Shown: positions 25,436 to 35,122, numbered from the stretch's first letter. The stretch: 64,000 nucleotides of DNA from Thermoguttaceae bacterium (GCA_963674835.2 CAXXKC010000003.1:1736842-1800841); one strand, 5' to 3'. Translations and numbers: made by a program. Notes: a model not told the origin generated them from the letters alone.

Positions 25436-27004
25436 ATGCCAAACGAACCAGCACTGTTGGTCGTGGATGACGAAGATGCAATCTGCGAGGGCTGCCGACG
25501 CATCTTCTCCCGCCAGGGCTTCGACGTGCAGAAATGCAGCGACGCGAACCAGGGCTTGAGTCTGGCAGCCCGTGGCGATTACGCCGCGATCTTGTTGGAT
25601 GTGAAGATGCCGGAGATGGATGGCCTCCATTTCCTCGAAGCGCTGCGCAAGGACCAGCCGACGGTGCCGGTGATCTTGATGACCGGTTACCCGAGCATCC
25701 CGAACGCGGCCTCGGCCATTCGATTGGGCGCATCGGACTATGTGACGAAGCCATTTACGCCGGACGAGATCACGCAGGCCGTTCACCGCCTGTTGCACAC
25801 GAGCCAGAACCCGGCGGCGACAGCGACGATCAGCGAGCCGCCCGCGCCGGATGCTCCGCTGCATTTCTTCCGCGACGCCTGGTATCAGACGAACCGCGAA
25901 GGCATCGCGAGAGTGGGCGCGGTCGTGGTACGGCGGGGCGCGGCGAAGATTCAGTCGCTGCGTTTGCCGAAGATCGGCGAAGTCGTGTATCAGGGGCTGC
26001 CGCTGGCGGTGGTAACGATCGCCGGTCAGCCGCCGCGTACGATCTCTGCACCGCTTTCGGGCGTTGTCGTGGCCGTGAACGACGCGTTGGCCAGCGACGC
26101 GGCGCCGGTGCTCGATGAGCCGTGTGGAAAGGGCTGGCTCGCCTGCATCTGTCCGACACGACTCGAGGAGGAATCGACGCGATGCCCGTTGCGGCGCGTC
26201 CTCCTGTTGAGCCAAGACGACGAGGCAGCCCGGCAGCAGACGGAACGTCTGTGTGCGCTGGGGTGCGAGGTGCGCCGGCTCAGCGATCCGAAGGAATTGA
26301 CCGAAGTTCAACGCGGCTTCGACTCGAACCTGCTGCTGGTCGACGCCAAGACTCTGGGAACGGAAGGGCCGGGCATGGTCGGCGCGCTGAACGCGGCCGA
26401 TCCCGCGTTGAAGATCGTCGTACTGGCGTCGGCCGACTCCGTATTGGAGCCCGCCTATCGCACGCGGCGGATCTTCTACTATGCCGTCGAGCCGTTTGCC
26501 GACAACGAGATCGCGGACATCATCGCCGGCGCTTGCCAGGCGCCGCCGAGTACGCAGCCGGGTACGCGCCGAGAGCAGGCGCAGACGCTGGGCTGCATCT
26601 TCATCACCAACCGGAATCGGACACGCGTGCGGCTGATCGCGGCACCGGGGCTGCTGCGACGCGAGGACGGCTTGGGCCTGCTGCTGCGGCAGAGGCTGAT
26701 GGAGCGACGTTTTCCGCTGGAGAGCTCACCGAGCGAAACGCCGATCACGCCCATGCACTTGCTCCGCGAAGCGTCTCACTGCGACCGGGTGATCGTGCTG
26801 TTGGCACAGGATCACGGTCGGCTGCCGGGGAGCCTGTCGCGCGACACGAAGGCGGAGTACATCGCGATGGTGGGTGCGGGCGCCGACAAGGTGACGACAT
26901 TCCTGCTGCAGCCGAGCGACGTGCCGGACGAGCCGATGGCGTTGGATCCACAGATTCTCGAGGCGCTGGCGGATCAGTTGTCGCACGAGATGGCATCCTG
27001 TTAG
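25436..27004 (+). CDS. Response-regulator receiver fused to a GcvH-like domain (no lipoyl lysine), a pseudo-receiver and an unknown C-terminal region
   Basis: ORF 25337..27004, trimmed to ATG 25436 (GAGGGA upstream). REC: LLVVDDEDA..AILLDVKMPEMDG..VILMTGY..YVTKPF. GcvH-like: SAPLSGVVVAVNDALASDAAPVLDEPCGKGW, compare E. coli GcvH [30 protein letters not shown]. The ESVK lysine position reads TIAGQ here. The second REC-like block (LLLVDAK..KIVVLASAD..YYAVEPF) lacks the conserved Lys. Confidence 0.7.
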   Translation: MPNEPALLVVDDEDAICEGCRRIFSRQGFDVQKCSDANQGLSLAARGDYAAILLDVKMPEMDGLHFLEALRKDQPTVPVILMTGYPSIPNAASAIRLGASDYVTKPFTPDEITQAVHRLLHTSQNPAATATISEPPAPDAPLHFFRDAWYQTNREGIARVGAVVVRRGAAKIQSLRLPKIGEVVYQGLPLAVVTIAGQPPRTISAPLSGVVVAVNDALASDAAPVLDEPCGKGWLACICPTRLEEESTRCPLRRVLLLSQDDEAARQQTERLCALGCEVRRLSDPKELTEVQRGFDSNLLLVDAKTLGTEGPGMVGALNAADPALKIVVLASADSVLEPAYRTRRIFYYAVEPFADNEIADIIAGACQAPPSTQPGTRREQAQTLGCIFITNRNRTRVRLIAAPGLLRREDGLGLLLRQRLMERRFPLESSPSETPITPMHLLREASHCDRVIVLLAQDHGRLPGSLSRDTKAEYIAMVGAGADKVTTFLLQPSDVPDEPMALDPQILEALADQLSHEMASC

Positions 27005-27023
27005 CAGACTGTCGAGGTCGCCC

Positions 27024-27575
27024 GTGTCCACTACCACCGCTAGCATGCCCAAGGGCTTCGAACGCCTGAAGGTGACCGACTGTTACCAATGCGGCAAGTG
27101 TTCGGCCGGCTGTCCGATGTCGGAACACATGGACTTGCTGCCGAACCAGTTGGTTCGCCTGGTTCAGCTTGGCCGCCTGGAGCGAGCGATGATGTGTGAG
27201 GCGATCTGGAAATGCGTGTCGTGCATGACCTGCACGACGCGGTGCCCGAAGTCGGTCGATTGCGCCGGTGTGATGGACGCCCTGCGACAGGCGGCGGTTC
27301 AGCAGGGGAAGGTTCCGGAGGAACGGCGGCGAACCGTCTGCTTCCAACAGGCCTTTCTGGACAACATCCGCCGCAACGGCCGGCTTTGCGAGCTGGAGCT
27401 GATCGGTGTGTTCAAGACGAGGGCGTTCTTCAGGGACCACAGCGTTTCGCTGTTACTGAAGGACGCGATGTTGGCACCGCAGTTGATCCTGCGCCGGAAG
27501 TTCCACATCCGTGGTGAGCGAGCGAAAGACCGCGGAGTCGTGCAACGGATCTTTGAGAGGTGCGAGCGACGATGA
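27024..27575 (+). CDS. hdrC: Heterodisulfide reductase subunit C
   Basis: CYQCGKCSAGCP and CVSCMTCTTRCP motifs, about 183 aa. Start is GTG 27024, with ATG 27045 as the alternative. Confidence 0.85.
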   Translation: MSTTTASMPKGFERLKVTDCYQCGKCSAGCPMSEHMDLLPNQLVRLVQLGRLERAMMCEAIWKCVSCMTCTTRCPKSVDCAGVMDALRQAAVQQGKVPEERRRTVCFQQAFLDNIRRNGRLCELELIGVFKTRAFFRDHSVSLLLKDAMLAPQLILRRKFHIRGERAKDRGVVQRIFERCERR

Positions 27576-27648
27576 AACGGCGACCGCCGGTCGCGTTGTG
27601 CGCGGCGCGAGTGCCGGCCGTGGCATTGCAACGAGGAGACCTTCCACC

Positions 27649-28491
27649 GTGGATTTCGGCTACTACCCTGGTTGCGCGTTGCATGGATCGTCGAACGACT
27701 ATGGACAGTCGGTACGTGCCTGTCTGGCAGCACTGGGCGTCGGGCTGCACGAGCTGGACGACTGGATCTGCTGCGGGGCGACGGCGGCCCACTCGCTGAA
27801 CCATACCTTGGCCGTGGCATTGCCGGCGAGAAACCTGGCCATCGCCGAGCGTGACGGGCTGACGGACCTGCTGGCGCCGTGCCCGATGTGTTCGATGGAG
27901 CTGCTGAAGGCGCAGGGCGTGCTGGCGGCTTCGGAGGATGCCCGGCGGCAGATGTCGGAGATCGTCGAACTGCCAGTTCGCGGCAGCACGCGGGTGCTCA
28001 ACCTGATTCAGGTGTTGCAGCAGGTGGGCGTGGAGGCGATCCAGGAGAAGGCGACCCGCCGGCTCGAAGAGTTCCGCGCGGCATGCTACTACGGATGCCT
28101 TCTGACGCGTCCGCCGGAAACGCTGCGGTTCGACGACTGCGAGCAGCCCGATTCGATGGAGACCATTCTGCGGGCCCTGGGGGCAGAGCCAGTGGAATGG
28201 AACTACAAGACAGAGTGCTGCGGGGCCGGCATGACGATCGCCGATGAGGAGGTCGTGCTGGAGCTGTCGCACAAGATCCTGAGCAACGCACGTCAGCACG
28301 ACGCCAATTGCATGGTGGTGGCGTGCCCGATGTGTCACGCGAACCTCGACATGAAGCAGGCCGACATCGAGCGACGCTACGGATGCCGCCACGAGATGCC
28401 GGTGTATTATCTGTCGGACCTGGTTGGGCTAGCGGTGGGATTGGACGAGCGCTCGCTAGGAATCCATCGGCATTTTGTCGTGAAACGGTGA
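27649..28491 (+). CDS. hdrB: Heterodisulfide reductase subunit B (two CCG domains)
   Basis: ORF 27511..28491, trimmed to GTG 27649 (AGGAGA 9 nt upstream), giving MDFGYYPGCALHG. CCG motifs WICCGATAAH and TECCGAGMT. Confidence 0.85.
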   Translation: MDFGYYPGCALHGSSNDYGQSVRACLAALGVGLHELDDWICCGATAAHSLNHTLAVALPARNLAIAERDGLTDLLAPCPMCSMELLKAQGVLAASEDARRQMSEIVELPVRGSTRVLNLIQVLQQVGVEAIQEKATRRLEEFRAACYYGCLLTRPPETLRFDDCEQPDSMETILRALGAEPVEWNYKTECCGAGMTIADEEVVLELSHKILSNARQHDANCMVVACPMCHANLDMKQADIERRYGCRHEMPVYYLSDLVGLAVGLDERSLGIHRHFVVKR

Positions 28492-28498
28492 TCAGAGC

Positions 28499-30499
28499 AT
28501 GGCACGAATCGGCGTATTCATCTGTTGGTGTGGCGAGAACATCGCCCGCAACGTCGACGTGGAACGGGCGGCGGTGGCAGCGGGAGAGCTGCCGGGCGTC
28601 GTCAGCGCGACCGCGTACAAGTACATGTGCTCTGACCCGGGGCAGTCGCTGATGCGTCGCGCGATCGCGTCGGAGCGATTGACGGGCGTGGTGGTGGCGT
28701 CGTGCTCGCCGCACATGCATCTGCGCACGTTCCGAAAGGCGGCGGCCTTGGAGGGGCTGAATCCTTACCTGGTCGAGATGGCCAACATCCGCGAGCATTG
28801 TTCCTGGGTGCACCACGATCGGCAGGAGGCGACCGAGAAGGCCATCGAACTGATTCGGATGGCAGTGGCCAAGGTGCGCTGCAACCATGCTCTGGAGCCG
28901 ATCGCCATACCCGTGACGCCGAGAGTGCTGGTAATCGGCGGAGGTGTGGCGGGGATTCAGGCGGCGTTGGACGTGGCAGACGCCGGGCACCAGGTGGTGC
29001 TGGTCGAGCGCGAACCGTCGATCGGCGGGAAGATGGCGGGGCTGTCGGAGACGTTTCCGACGCTGGACTGCTCGCAGTGCATTCTGACGCCGCGGATGGT
29101 CGACGTCGGCCAGCATCCGAACATCACGCTGCACACCTATAGCGAAGTGGAATCGGTCGAGGGCTATGTCGGCAATTTTCGGGTGACGATTCGAAAGAAG
29201 GCCCGTTACGTCGACATCGACAAGTGCACGGGCTGCGGACAGTGCATGACGTCGTGCCCCTCGAAGAAGACCCCGAGCGAGTTCGATTACCGGATGGGGA
29301 CGCGGACGGCGATCTACATCCCCTTCCCGCAAGCCGTACCCGCCCGTCCGGTCATCGACCGTGACGCGTGTCTGCACTTTCTCAAGGGCAAGTGCGGCAT
29401 CTGCGTCAAGAAGTGTCAGGCCGGGGCCATCAACTATGACGACCAGGATCGGCTCGTGACCGAGGAGGTCGGGGCGGTCATTGTCGCGACCGGCTTCCAA
29501 CTCTACCAGATCGGCAAGACGCAAGACGGCAACAAGACCGCCGGATACGGCGAGTACGGATACGGCCAGCACGCCGACGTGATCGACTCGCTGCAGTTCG
29601 AGCGGCTGGTTTCGGCGTCGGGTCCGACCGGCGGCGAGATCCGGCGTCCTTCCGACGGCACTGTGCCCAAAACGGTCGTCTTCATCAGTTGCGTCGGTTC
29701 TCGCGACAATGCCAAGGGGCTCTCGTACTGCTCGAAGATCTGCTGCATGTACACGGCCAAACACACGATGCTCTACAAGCACAAGGTGCATGACGGCACA
29801 GCGCACGTGTTCTATATGGACATCCGCGCGGGCGGCAAGAACTACGACGAGTTTGTGCGGCGGGCGATCGAGCAGGACGGGGCGCAGTATCATCGGGGCC
29901 GGGTTTCGAAGATCACCGCGGAGCGAGGAAAGCTGATTGTCCGCGGAGTCGACACGCTAATGAATGAGTCGCTGACGGTCGAGGCCGACCTGGTCGTGCT
30001 GGCTGCGGCCATGCGGCCGGCCCACGAGGTCGAGCGTTTGGCCCAGAAGCTGAGCGTGGGCTATGACGAGAACGGTTTTCTGTCGGAATCGCACCCGAAG
30101 CTGCGGCCGGTGGAGACGAGTTCGGCCGGGGTGTTCGTATGCGGGGCCTGCCAAGGGCCGAAAGACATTCCCGAATCGGTGGCACAGGCCAGCGCGGCCG
30201 CCGGCAAGGTGTTGGTGATGTTCGGCCACCGGCAACTCACTCGCGAGCCGGAAATCGCGAAGGTGAACGAAACGAACTGCGCGGCGTGTTTTGCGTGTGC
30301 GCGGGCGTGCCCGTACAACGCAATCGAGCGAGCGGAGATCGTGGATCGTAAGGGCAACCCGCTGAAGCGTACGGCCCGGGTCAACCAGGGGTTGTGCATG
30401 GGTTGCGGGACGTGCGTGGCGATGTGCCCTTCGAAGAGCATCGACCTGGACGGCTTTAGCGAGGAACAGGTATACGCGATGCTGGAGAGTCTGGAATGA
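28499..30499 (+). CDS. hdrA: Heterodisulfide reductase subunit A (FAD, multiple 4Fe-4S)
   Basis: MvhD-like N-domain (IGVFICWCGENIA..VVVASCSPHMH). FAD fold VLVIGGGVAGIQAALD. Ferredoxin motifs CTGCGQCMTSCP, CGICVKKCQ, CAACFACARACP and CMGCGTCVAMCP. Confidence 0.9.
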   Translation: MARIGVFICWCGENIARNVDVERAAVAAGELPGVVSATAYKYMCSDPGQSLMRRAIASERLTGVVVASCSPHMHLRTFRKAAALEGLNPYLVEMANIREHCSWVHHDRQEATEKAIELIRMAVAKVRCNHALEPIAIPVTPRVLVIGGGVAGIQAALDVADAGHQVVLVEREPSIGGKMAGLSETFPTLDCSQCILTPRMVDVGQHPNITLHTYSEVESVEGYVGNFRVTIRKKARYVDIDKCTGCGQCMTSCPSKKTPSEFDYRMGTRTAIYIPFPQAVPARPVIDRDACLHFLKGKCGICVKKCQAGAINYDDQDRLVTEEVGAVIVATGFQLYQIGKTQDGNKTAGYGEYGYGQHADVIDSLQFERLVSASGPTGGEIRRPSDGTVPKTVVFISCVGSRDNAKGLSYCSKICCMYTAKHTMLYKHKVHDGTAHVFYMDIRAGGKNYDEFVRRAIEQDGAQYHRGRVSKITAERGKLIVRGVDTLMNESLTVEADLVVLAAAMRPAHEVERLAQKLSVGYDENGFLSESHPKLRPVETSSAGVFVCGACQGPKDIPESVAQASAAAGKVLVMFGHRQLTREPEIAKVNETNCAACFACARACPYNAIERAEIVDRKGNPLKRTARVNQGLCMGCGTCVAMCPSKSIDLDGFSEEQVYAMLESLE

Positions 30500-30584
30500 A
30501 CGGTGGCGACGGAGAGCCTGGTCGAGGCAGGCCCCTGATGGGTCGTAGCTCGGGAAAAGGACGAGGTGACGAGGAGAGACCGCG

Positions 30585-31016
30585 ATGAGCGAGAGCCACG
30601 AGTTTGAGCCGAAAATCGTCGCCTATGTGTGCAACTGGTGCACGTACCTGGGAGCGGACTTGGCCGGGACCAACCGGTTGGAGTATCCGGCGAACGTGCG
30701 GATCATTCGATTGCCTTGCACGGGGCGCATCGATTTCAACCTGATCGTCAAGGCGTTCGAACGCGGTGCCGACGCGGTGCTGGTCTCCGGATGCCATCCG
30801 GGCGATTGTCACTACACGGCGGGCAACTATCACGCGCGGCGCCGCTGGATCCTGTTTTGGCAGTTGTTGGAGACGCTGGGAATCGACTGCCGGCGCGTGC
30901 ATTTCACGTGGATTTCGGCCGCCGAAGGGAAGAAGTGGCAGCAGATCGTTACGGAGATCACGGAGACGACCCGCAAGCTCGGACCTTACAAGGCCTATCG
31001 GGCCATTTGTCAGTAG
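30585..31016 (+). CDS. flxD: MvhD/FlxD-type 2Fe-2S protein
   Basis: IVAYVCNWCTYLGADLAG..IRLPCTGR..VSGCHPGDCHY, 143 aa. Confidence 0.85.
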   Translation: MSESHEFEPKIVAYVCNWCTYLGADLAGTNRLEYPANVRIIRLPCTGRIDFNLIVKAFERGADAVLVSGCHPGDCHYTAGNYHARRRWILFWQLLETLGIDCRRVHFTWISAAEGKKWQQIVTEITETTRKLGPYKAYRAICQ

Positions 31017-31042
31017 CGTTAGAAACGTCAGGTGCGTGAAGC

Positions 31043-31891
31043 ATGCAAGAGGAACTTCGACAAACCTGTCGGCGATTGCTGGAGGACGGTACGGTCCAGG
31101 TCGTGATCGGCTACGGCCGGCTCACGGCAGACAGCCCGGTCGGACCGGTATTCGTCACGAGGCCCGAGGATGTCGAGCAGTTGGTGTGGGACGATCAGTG
31201 CTTCGCCAACCTGACCAAGTACCTGTCGCGCAAGGAGGTGGTTTCGCTGGGGCGGATCGGAATCTGCGTGAAGGGATGCGACGAACGGGCGCTGTTGGTT
31301 TTGGAGAAGGAATCGCAAATCGACCGCTCGGCGATCACGGTAATCGGCCTGGCTTGCGACGGTGTGGGGCGGCCGCTGCTGCCGAAATGCGAAGCGTGCG
31401 ACGTGCACCTGCCGCGCCGGGCCGACATCACGATCGGCGAAGCGACGGTGGCCGACGATCCGGCGGCTGCCGGGCGGCGCTACGAGGAGCTCGATGCTTT
31501 CCTGCAGAAGTCGCCTGACGAGCGCATGGCTTACTGGCAGAGCGAGTTGAGCCGGTGCGTCAAGTGCTATGCGTGCCGGCAGGTGTGTCCGATGTGCTAC
31601 TGCAAGCAGTGCATCGTCGACAAGAATCGTCCGGTTTCGATCAGCACGTCGGCGACCCTGATGGGCAACTTCGCCTGGCACATTACGCGGGCCTTCCACC
31701 TGGCGGGGCGCTGCGTGGGGTGCGACGAGTGTACGCGGGCCTGCCCTGCGGGTATCGACCTGCGGCTGCTGAACCTATCGCTGGCAAAGGCGGCGGAGGA
31801 GAGCTTCGCTTTTCGAGCGGGAGTAAACCCTGACGCCGAACCGATCGCCGGCACCTATTCGCAACAAGACCATGAGGAGTTCATCCGATGA
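31043..31891 (+). CDS. flxC: Fe-S subunit, FlxC-like (4Fe-4S dicluster)
   Basis: CVKCYACRQVCPMCYC and CVGCDECTRACPAG. The name is assigned from position between flxD and flxB. Confidence 0.65.
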   Translation: MQEELRQTCRRLLEDGTVQVVIGYGRLTADSPVGPVFVTRPEDVEQLVWDDQCFANLTKYLSRKEVVSLGRIGICVKGCDERALLVLEKESQIDRSAITVIGLACDGVGRPLLPKCEACDVHLPRRADITIGEATVADDPAAAGRRYEELDAFLQKSPDERMAYWQSELSRCVKCYACRQVCPMCYCKQCIVDKNRPVSISTSATLMGNFAWHITRAFHLAGRCVGCDECTRACPAGIDLRLLNLSLAKAAEESFAFRAGVNPDAEPIAGTYSQQDHEEFIR

Positions 31892-32907
31892 GCGAGCTTC
31901 TCGCGAAAAACGAACTTGTGCGGATGGTGGGCCGGTGGATTTTCGAAGGCCGGCGCGTGGCGGGTCCGCAATGCGTCAATGCGCACGACGACCGGCGCCG
32001 GGGGGAAGTGATCCAATACGGCTGGCTGGCGGAGGCCGAGGCGCTGCGATTGGACGGTTACGTCCGGCCGAGCAATTCGATCAAGGAGTTCGCTTTCCCG
32101 CGGCATGAGGTCCTTTACGGCTACCAGATCCAAGGCAAGCAGGTCGAGTTGGTGCCGGCGGAACCGGACATCGTGGAACAGATTATCGTCGGCGCGCGCC
32201 CCTGCGATGCGGCCGCGCTGGCCGTTTTGGACGCTGTATTCAATTGGGACACGAAGGACGTGTTCTATAACCGGCGCCGCGAGATGACGACCGTGGTGAG
32301 CGTGGCGTGCGGAACTTACGACGACGCGTGCTTCTGTACGTCGGTCGGTTCGAGCCCATGCGACGAGCGCGGCTCGGATGTTCTGCTGGTGCCGCTCGAC
32401 GGCGATCGTTACGAAGTTCGCTGTTTGACGGAAAAGGGGAAGCGACTGCTGGCGGGGAATACCACGACATCGACGGAAAGCGCGCCGCAGGTTGCGGGCC
32501 CGCCCGTGCGGTTCGATGTGGAGAGCTTGGGCGAGTTTCTCGCCGACGGTTACGAGCGACCTGAGTGGGCGGCGGTGACGCGCGGTTGCCTGGGCTGCGG
32601 GGCGTGCGCCTATACGTGTCCGACGTGTCATTGCTTTGACATCGTCGATGAAGGCAGTGCGTCGGGAGGGGTTCGCGTGAGGAATTGGGACGCGTGCCAA
32701 TTCGCGATGTTCACGGTGCACGCATCGGGCCACAATCCGCGCGTGGACCAGTCGCAGCGGCAGCGGCAGCGCATTCACCACAAGTTTCAGATATATCCGG
32801 AGAAGTTCGGCAACTTCCTGTGCACGGGCTGCGGCAATTGCTCACGGAACTGTCCGGTGGGGATGGGGGTTCTGCCCGTGCTGAAAGTGATTGGGGCCAA
32901 GAAATGA
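31888..32907 (+). CDS. flxB: Fe-S subunit, FlxB / AsrA / sulfhydrogenase-beta-like
   Basis: CLGCGACAYTCPTCHCFD and CTGCGNCSRNCPVG. There are 4-nt overlaps with both neighbours. Confidence 0.7.
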   Translation: MSELLAKNELVRMVGRWIFEGRRVAGPQCVNAHDDRRRGEVIQYGWLAEAEALRLDGYVRPSNSIKEFAFPRHEVLYGYQIQGKQVELVPAEPDIVEQIIVGARPCDAAALAVLDAVFNWDTKDVFYNRRREMTTVVSVACGTYDDACFCTSVGSSPCDERGSDVLLVPLDGDRYEVRCLTEKGKRLLAGNTTTSTESAPQVAGPPVRFDVESLGEFLADGYERPEWAAVTRGCLGCGACAYTCPTCHCFDIVDEGSASGGVRVRNWDACQFAMFTVHASGHNPRVDQSQRQRQRIHHKFQIYPEKFGNFLCTGCGNCSRNCPVGMGVLPVLKVIGAKK

Positions 32908-33740
32908 TCGACAACATCTACCAACCCGACCTGATGGAAGTGCTTCAAGTCCGGCAGCAGACGCCCGACGTGAAGGCCGTGCGGATTGGTTTCCGCGACG
33001 CGGATCGCGCGCGGAGTTTTTCGTTCCGCGTGGGGCAGTTCGGCATCTTTTCGGTGTTCGGTTCGGGCGAGTCGACGTTCAATATCTGCTCGAGCTCGGA
33101 TTGGACCGACTTCGTGGAATTCTGCTTTCGCCGGACGGGGCGCGTGACCGACGCTTTCTGGAACGTCGAGGAGGGGGACACGGTCGGCTTTCGCGGCCCC
33201 TATGGCAACGGATACCCGCTGGAAAAATGGAAGGGTAAGAATCTGATCTTCATCGGCGGTGGGATCGCCATGCCGCCGATTCGGTGCGCCATTTGGTATG
33301 CCTTGGAGAACCGCGAGCAGTTTGGCGATGTGACGATCGTGTACGGCGCCCGAACGGTCGGGGACCTGGTATTTGCCAACGAATTGGACCGGTGGGCGGA
33401 GTTTGATCGCGTGCGGGTGGTGCGGTGCGTCGATCCGGGCGGAGAAACGTCCGACTGGAACGGCGAGGTCGGCTTCGTGCCAGCGGTTGTGGAGCGGGCA
33501 CAAATCGCAGCCGAGAACAGCGTGGCGTTGGTGGTGGGCCCGCCAATCATGATTCAGTTCACGTTGCCGGTGCTGGAGAAGATGGGCTTGGCCGATGGCG
33601 ACATCTATACGAGCCTGGAAAACCGGATGAAGTGCGGTGTGGGAAAGTGCGGCCGGTGCAATTGCGGTCCGGTGTACGTTTGCAAGGAAGGTCCCGTCTT
33701 CACGCTCGAGGAACTGAAGCGGATGCCGAAGGACTATTGA
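32904..33740 (+). CDS. flxA: FAD/NAD(P)-binding 2Fe-2S oxidoreductase, FlxA / AsrB / sulfhydrogenase-gamma-like
   Basis: Start ATG 32904 sits in an ATGA overlap with flxB. Flavin-reductase fold (FRVGQFGIF, LIFIGGGIAMPPI). C-terminal CGVGKCGRCNCG. Confidence 0.75.
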   Translation: MIDNIYQPDLMEVLQVRQQTPDVKAVRIGFRDADRARSFSFRVGQFGIFSVFGSGESTFNICSSSDWTDFVEFCFRRTGRVTDAFWNVEEGDTVGFRGPYGNGYPLEKWKGKNLIFIGGGIAMPPIRCAIWYALENREQFGDVTIVYGARTVGDLVFANELDRWAEFDRVRVVRCVDPGGETSDWNGEVGFVPAVVERAQIAAENSVALVVGPPIMIQFTLPVLEKMGLADGDIYTSLENRMKCGVGKCGRCNCGPVYVCKEGPVFTLEELKRMPKDY

Positions 33741-33886
33741 GTGTGCGGAGGCGTGGGCATAGGGGCGGTGGTGAAGGCGATGCTTGTGGTGGCCCCGCCG
33801 AAGGGGGCGTCGGTGTGGATGAAATGGGGGCGCGACGCGGGAGTAGGAATTGCCGTGAGCGGCACAATTGACTACCATGCGGTCCC

Positions 33887-35122
33887 ATGCAGGTACTACT
33901 TTTCGAAGACCACTTGGTGGACCGCCTCTACCCGATTACGATCGGCAAACCGGCATTTTCGATTGGCTGCGGAGGCAGTCGCCTGATCGAACTGGTTGGG
34001 CGATTCGAGCAGACAACCTACCTGGAGTGCCGGCAGCACTTGCAGCAAGTCGTGCGGGCCGATTTGCCCGATGCTATTGTCGGTCTGCCGAAGGCGGGCG
34101 ATGGTGTGCTGGCGATCAACGCACGGCTCGTGCCGACCGTATCGGCGATCGGGCGTTTGCAGGACTGGCTTTCGGAGGGGCGGCCGGGCATCGTCCAGAA
34201 CGACGAGGCGATTGCGGCGGCTCTCGTCGGTCCCAAAACGCCGCCGTTTCGGGGCGCCGATGGCCTCCATCTGACGCAGTGGTTGGATGGGTTGGGGCTG
34301 CCGCAGCAAGAGATTGAGTTGCCGCTGCTGGACTATCCCCATGACGTGATTCGTTATCACGCGGAGGCGCTGAGGGAGAACCTGCAGGACCGGATTGCCC
34401 ATGGCAGTTTCCGGGAGGTTGCCGACGGGGTGTTTCTCGGCCCCGGAGCGGCGATTGGGGAGCACGTGGTCGCGGAAACGAGCCACGGACCGATCGTGCT
34501 GGAGGCGGGGGCGAAGGTCGGGCCGTTCTGTTATCTGAGCGGGCCGGCACATCTGGGGGCCGGATGCCGTGTGCTGGAGCACGCAGCGATCAAGGACGCC
34601 GTGGCGCTGGGGCATACGAGCAAGGTTGGCGGCGAGGTGGAATGCTCGTCGGTCGAGCCCTACACGAACAAGCAGCACCATGGATTCCTGGGGCACAGCT
34701 ACGTGGGCAGTTGGGTGAACCTGGGGGCCGGCACGTGCAATAGTGACTTGAAGAATACGTACGGCCAGGTCACCATGGAGTATAACGGTCTGCGGGTGTC
34801 GACCGACATGCAGTTCGTCGGCTCGATCATCGGCGACTACGCCAAGACGGCGATCAACACGAGCATCTTCACGGGCAAGACGATCGGCGCCTGCAGCATG
34901 GCCTACGGTTTCGTGACGACGAACGTTCCCAGCTTCGTCAACTACGCGCGGTCGTTCGGCCAGGTGACTGAAGCGCCGGTCGAGGTGATGGTTGCCACAC
35001 AGGCGCGGATGTTCAAGCGTCGCAACGTGGACCAGCGGCCCTGCGACATTCAGTTGCTTCACGACATGTACGAGTTGACGCGGCACGAACGACAAATCGC
35101 CGACCGGCCGCTGTATCTGTGA
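33887..35122 (+). CDS. GlmU-like sugar nucleotidyltransferase with left-handed beta-helix (hexapeptide) domain
   Basis: MQVLLFEDHLVDRLYPIT..GKPAFSIGCG at the N-terminus. Hexapeptide-repeat region GHSYVGSWVNLGAGTCNSDLKN. Confidence 0.55.
   Translation: MQVLLFEDHLVDRLYPITIGKPAFSIGCGGSRLIELVGRFEQTTYLECRQHLQQVVRADLPDAIVGLPKAGDGVLAINARLVPTVSAIGRLQDWLSEGRPGIVQNDEAIAAALVGPKTPPFRGADGLHLTQWLDGLGLPQQEIELPLLDYPHDVIRYHAEALRENLQDRIAHGSFREVADGVFLGPGAAIGEHVVAETSHGPIVLEAGAKVGPFCYLSGPAHLGAGCRVLEHAAIKDAVALGHTSKVGGEVECSSVEPYTNKQHHGFLGHSYVGSWVNLGAGTCNSDLKNTYGQVTMEYNGLRVSTDMQFVGSIIGDYAKTAINTSIFTGKTIGACSMAYGFVTTNVPSFVNYARSFGQVTEAPVEVMVATQARMFKRRNVDQRPCDIQLLHDMYELTRHERQIADRPLYL

Noticed and set aside
27998-29893. 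631-aa minus-strand ORF
   Set aside because: It is antisense to hdrB and hdrA, which have clear CCG, FAD and ferredoxin motifs. Its composition is Arg/Pro-rich.
33741-33986. 81-aa plus-strand ORF after flxA
   Set aside because: It overlaps the start of the GlmU-like gene in another frame, has no Shine-Dalgarno sequence, and is Gly/Val/Ala-rich.
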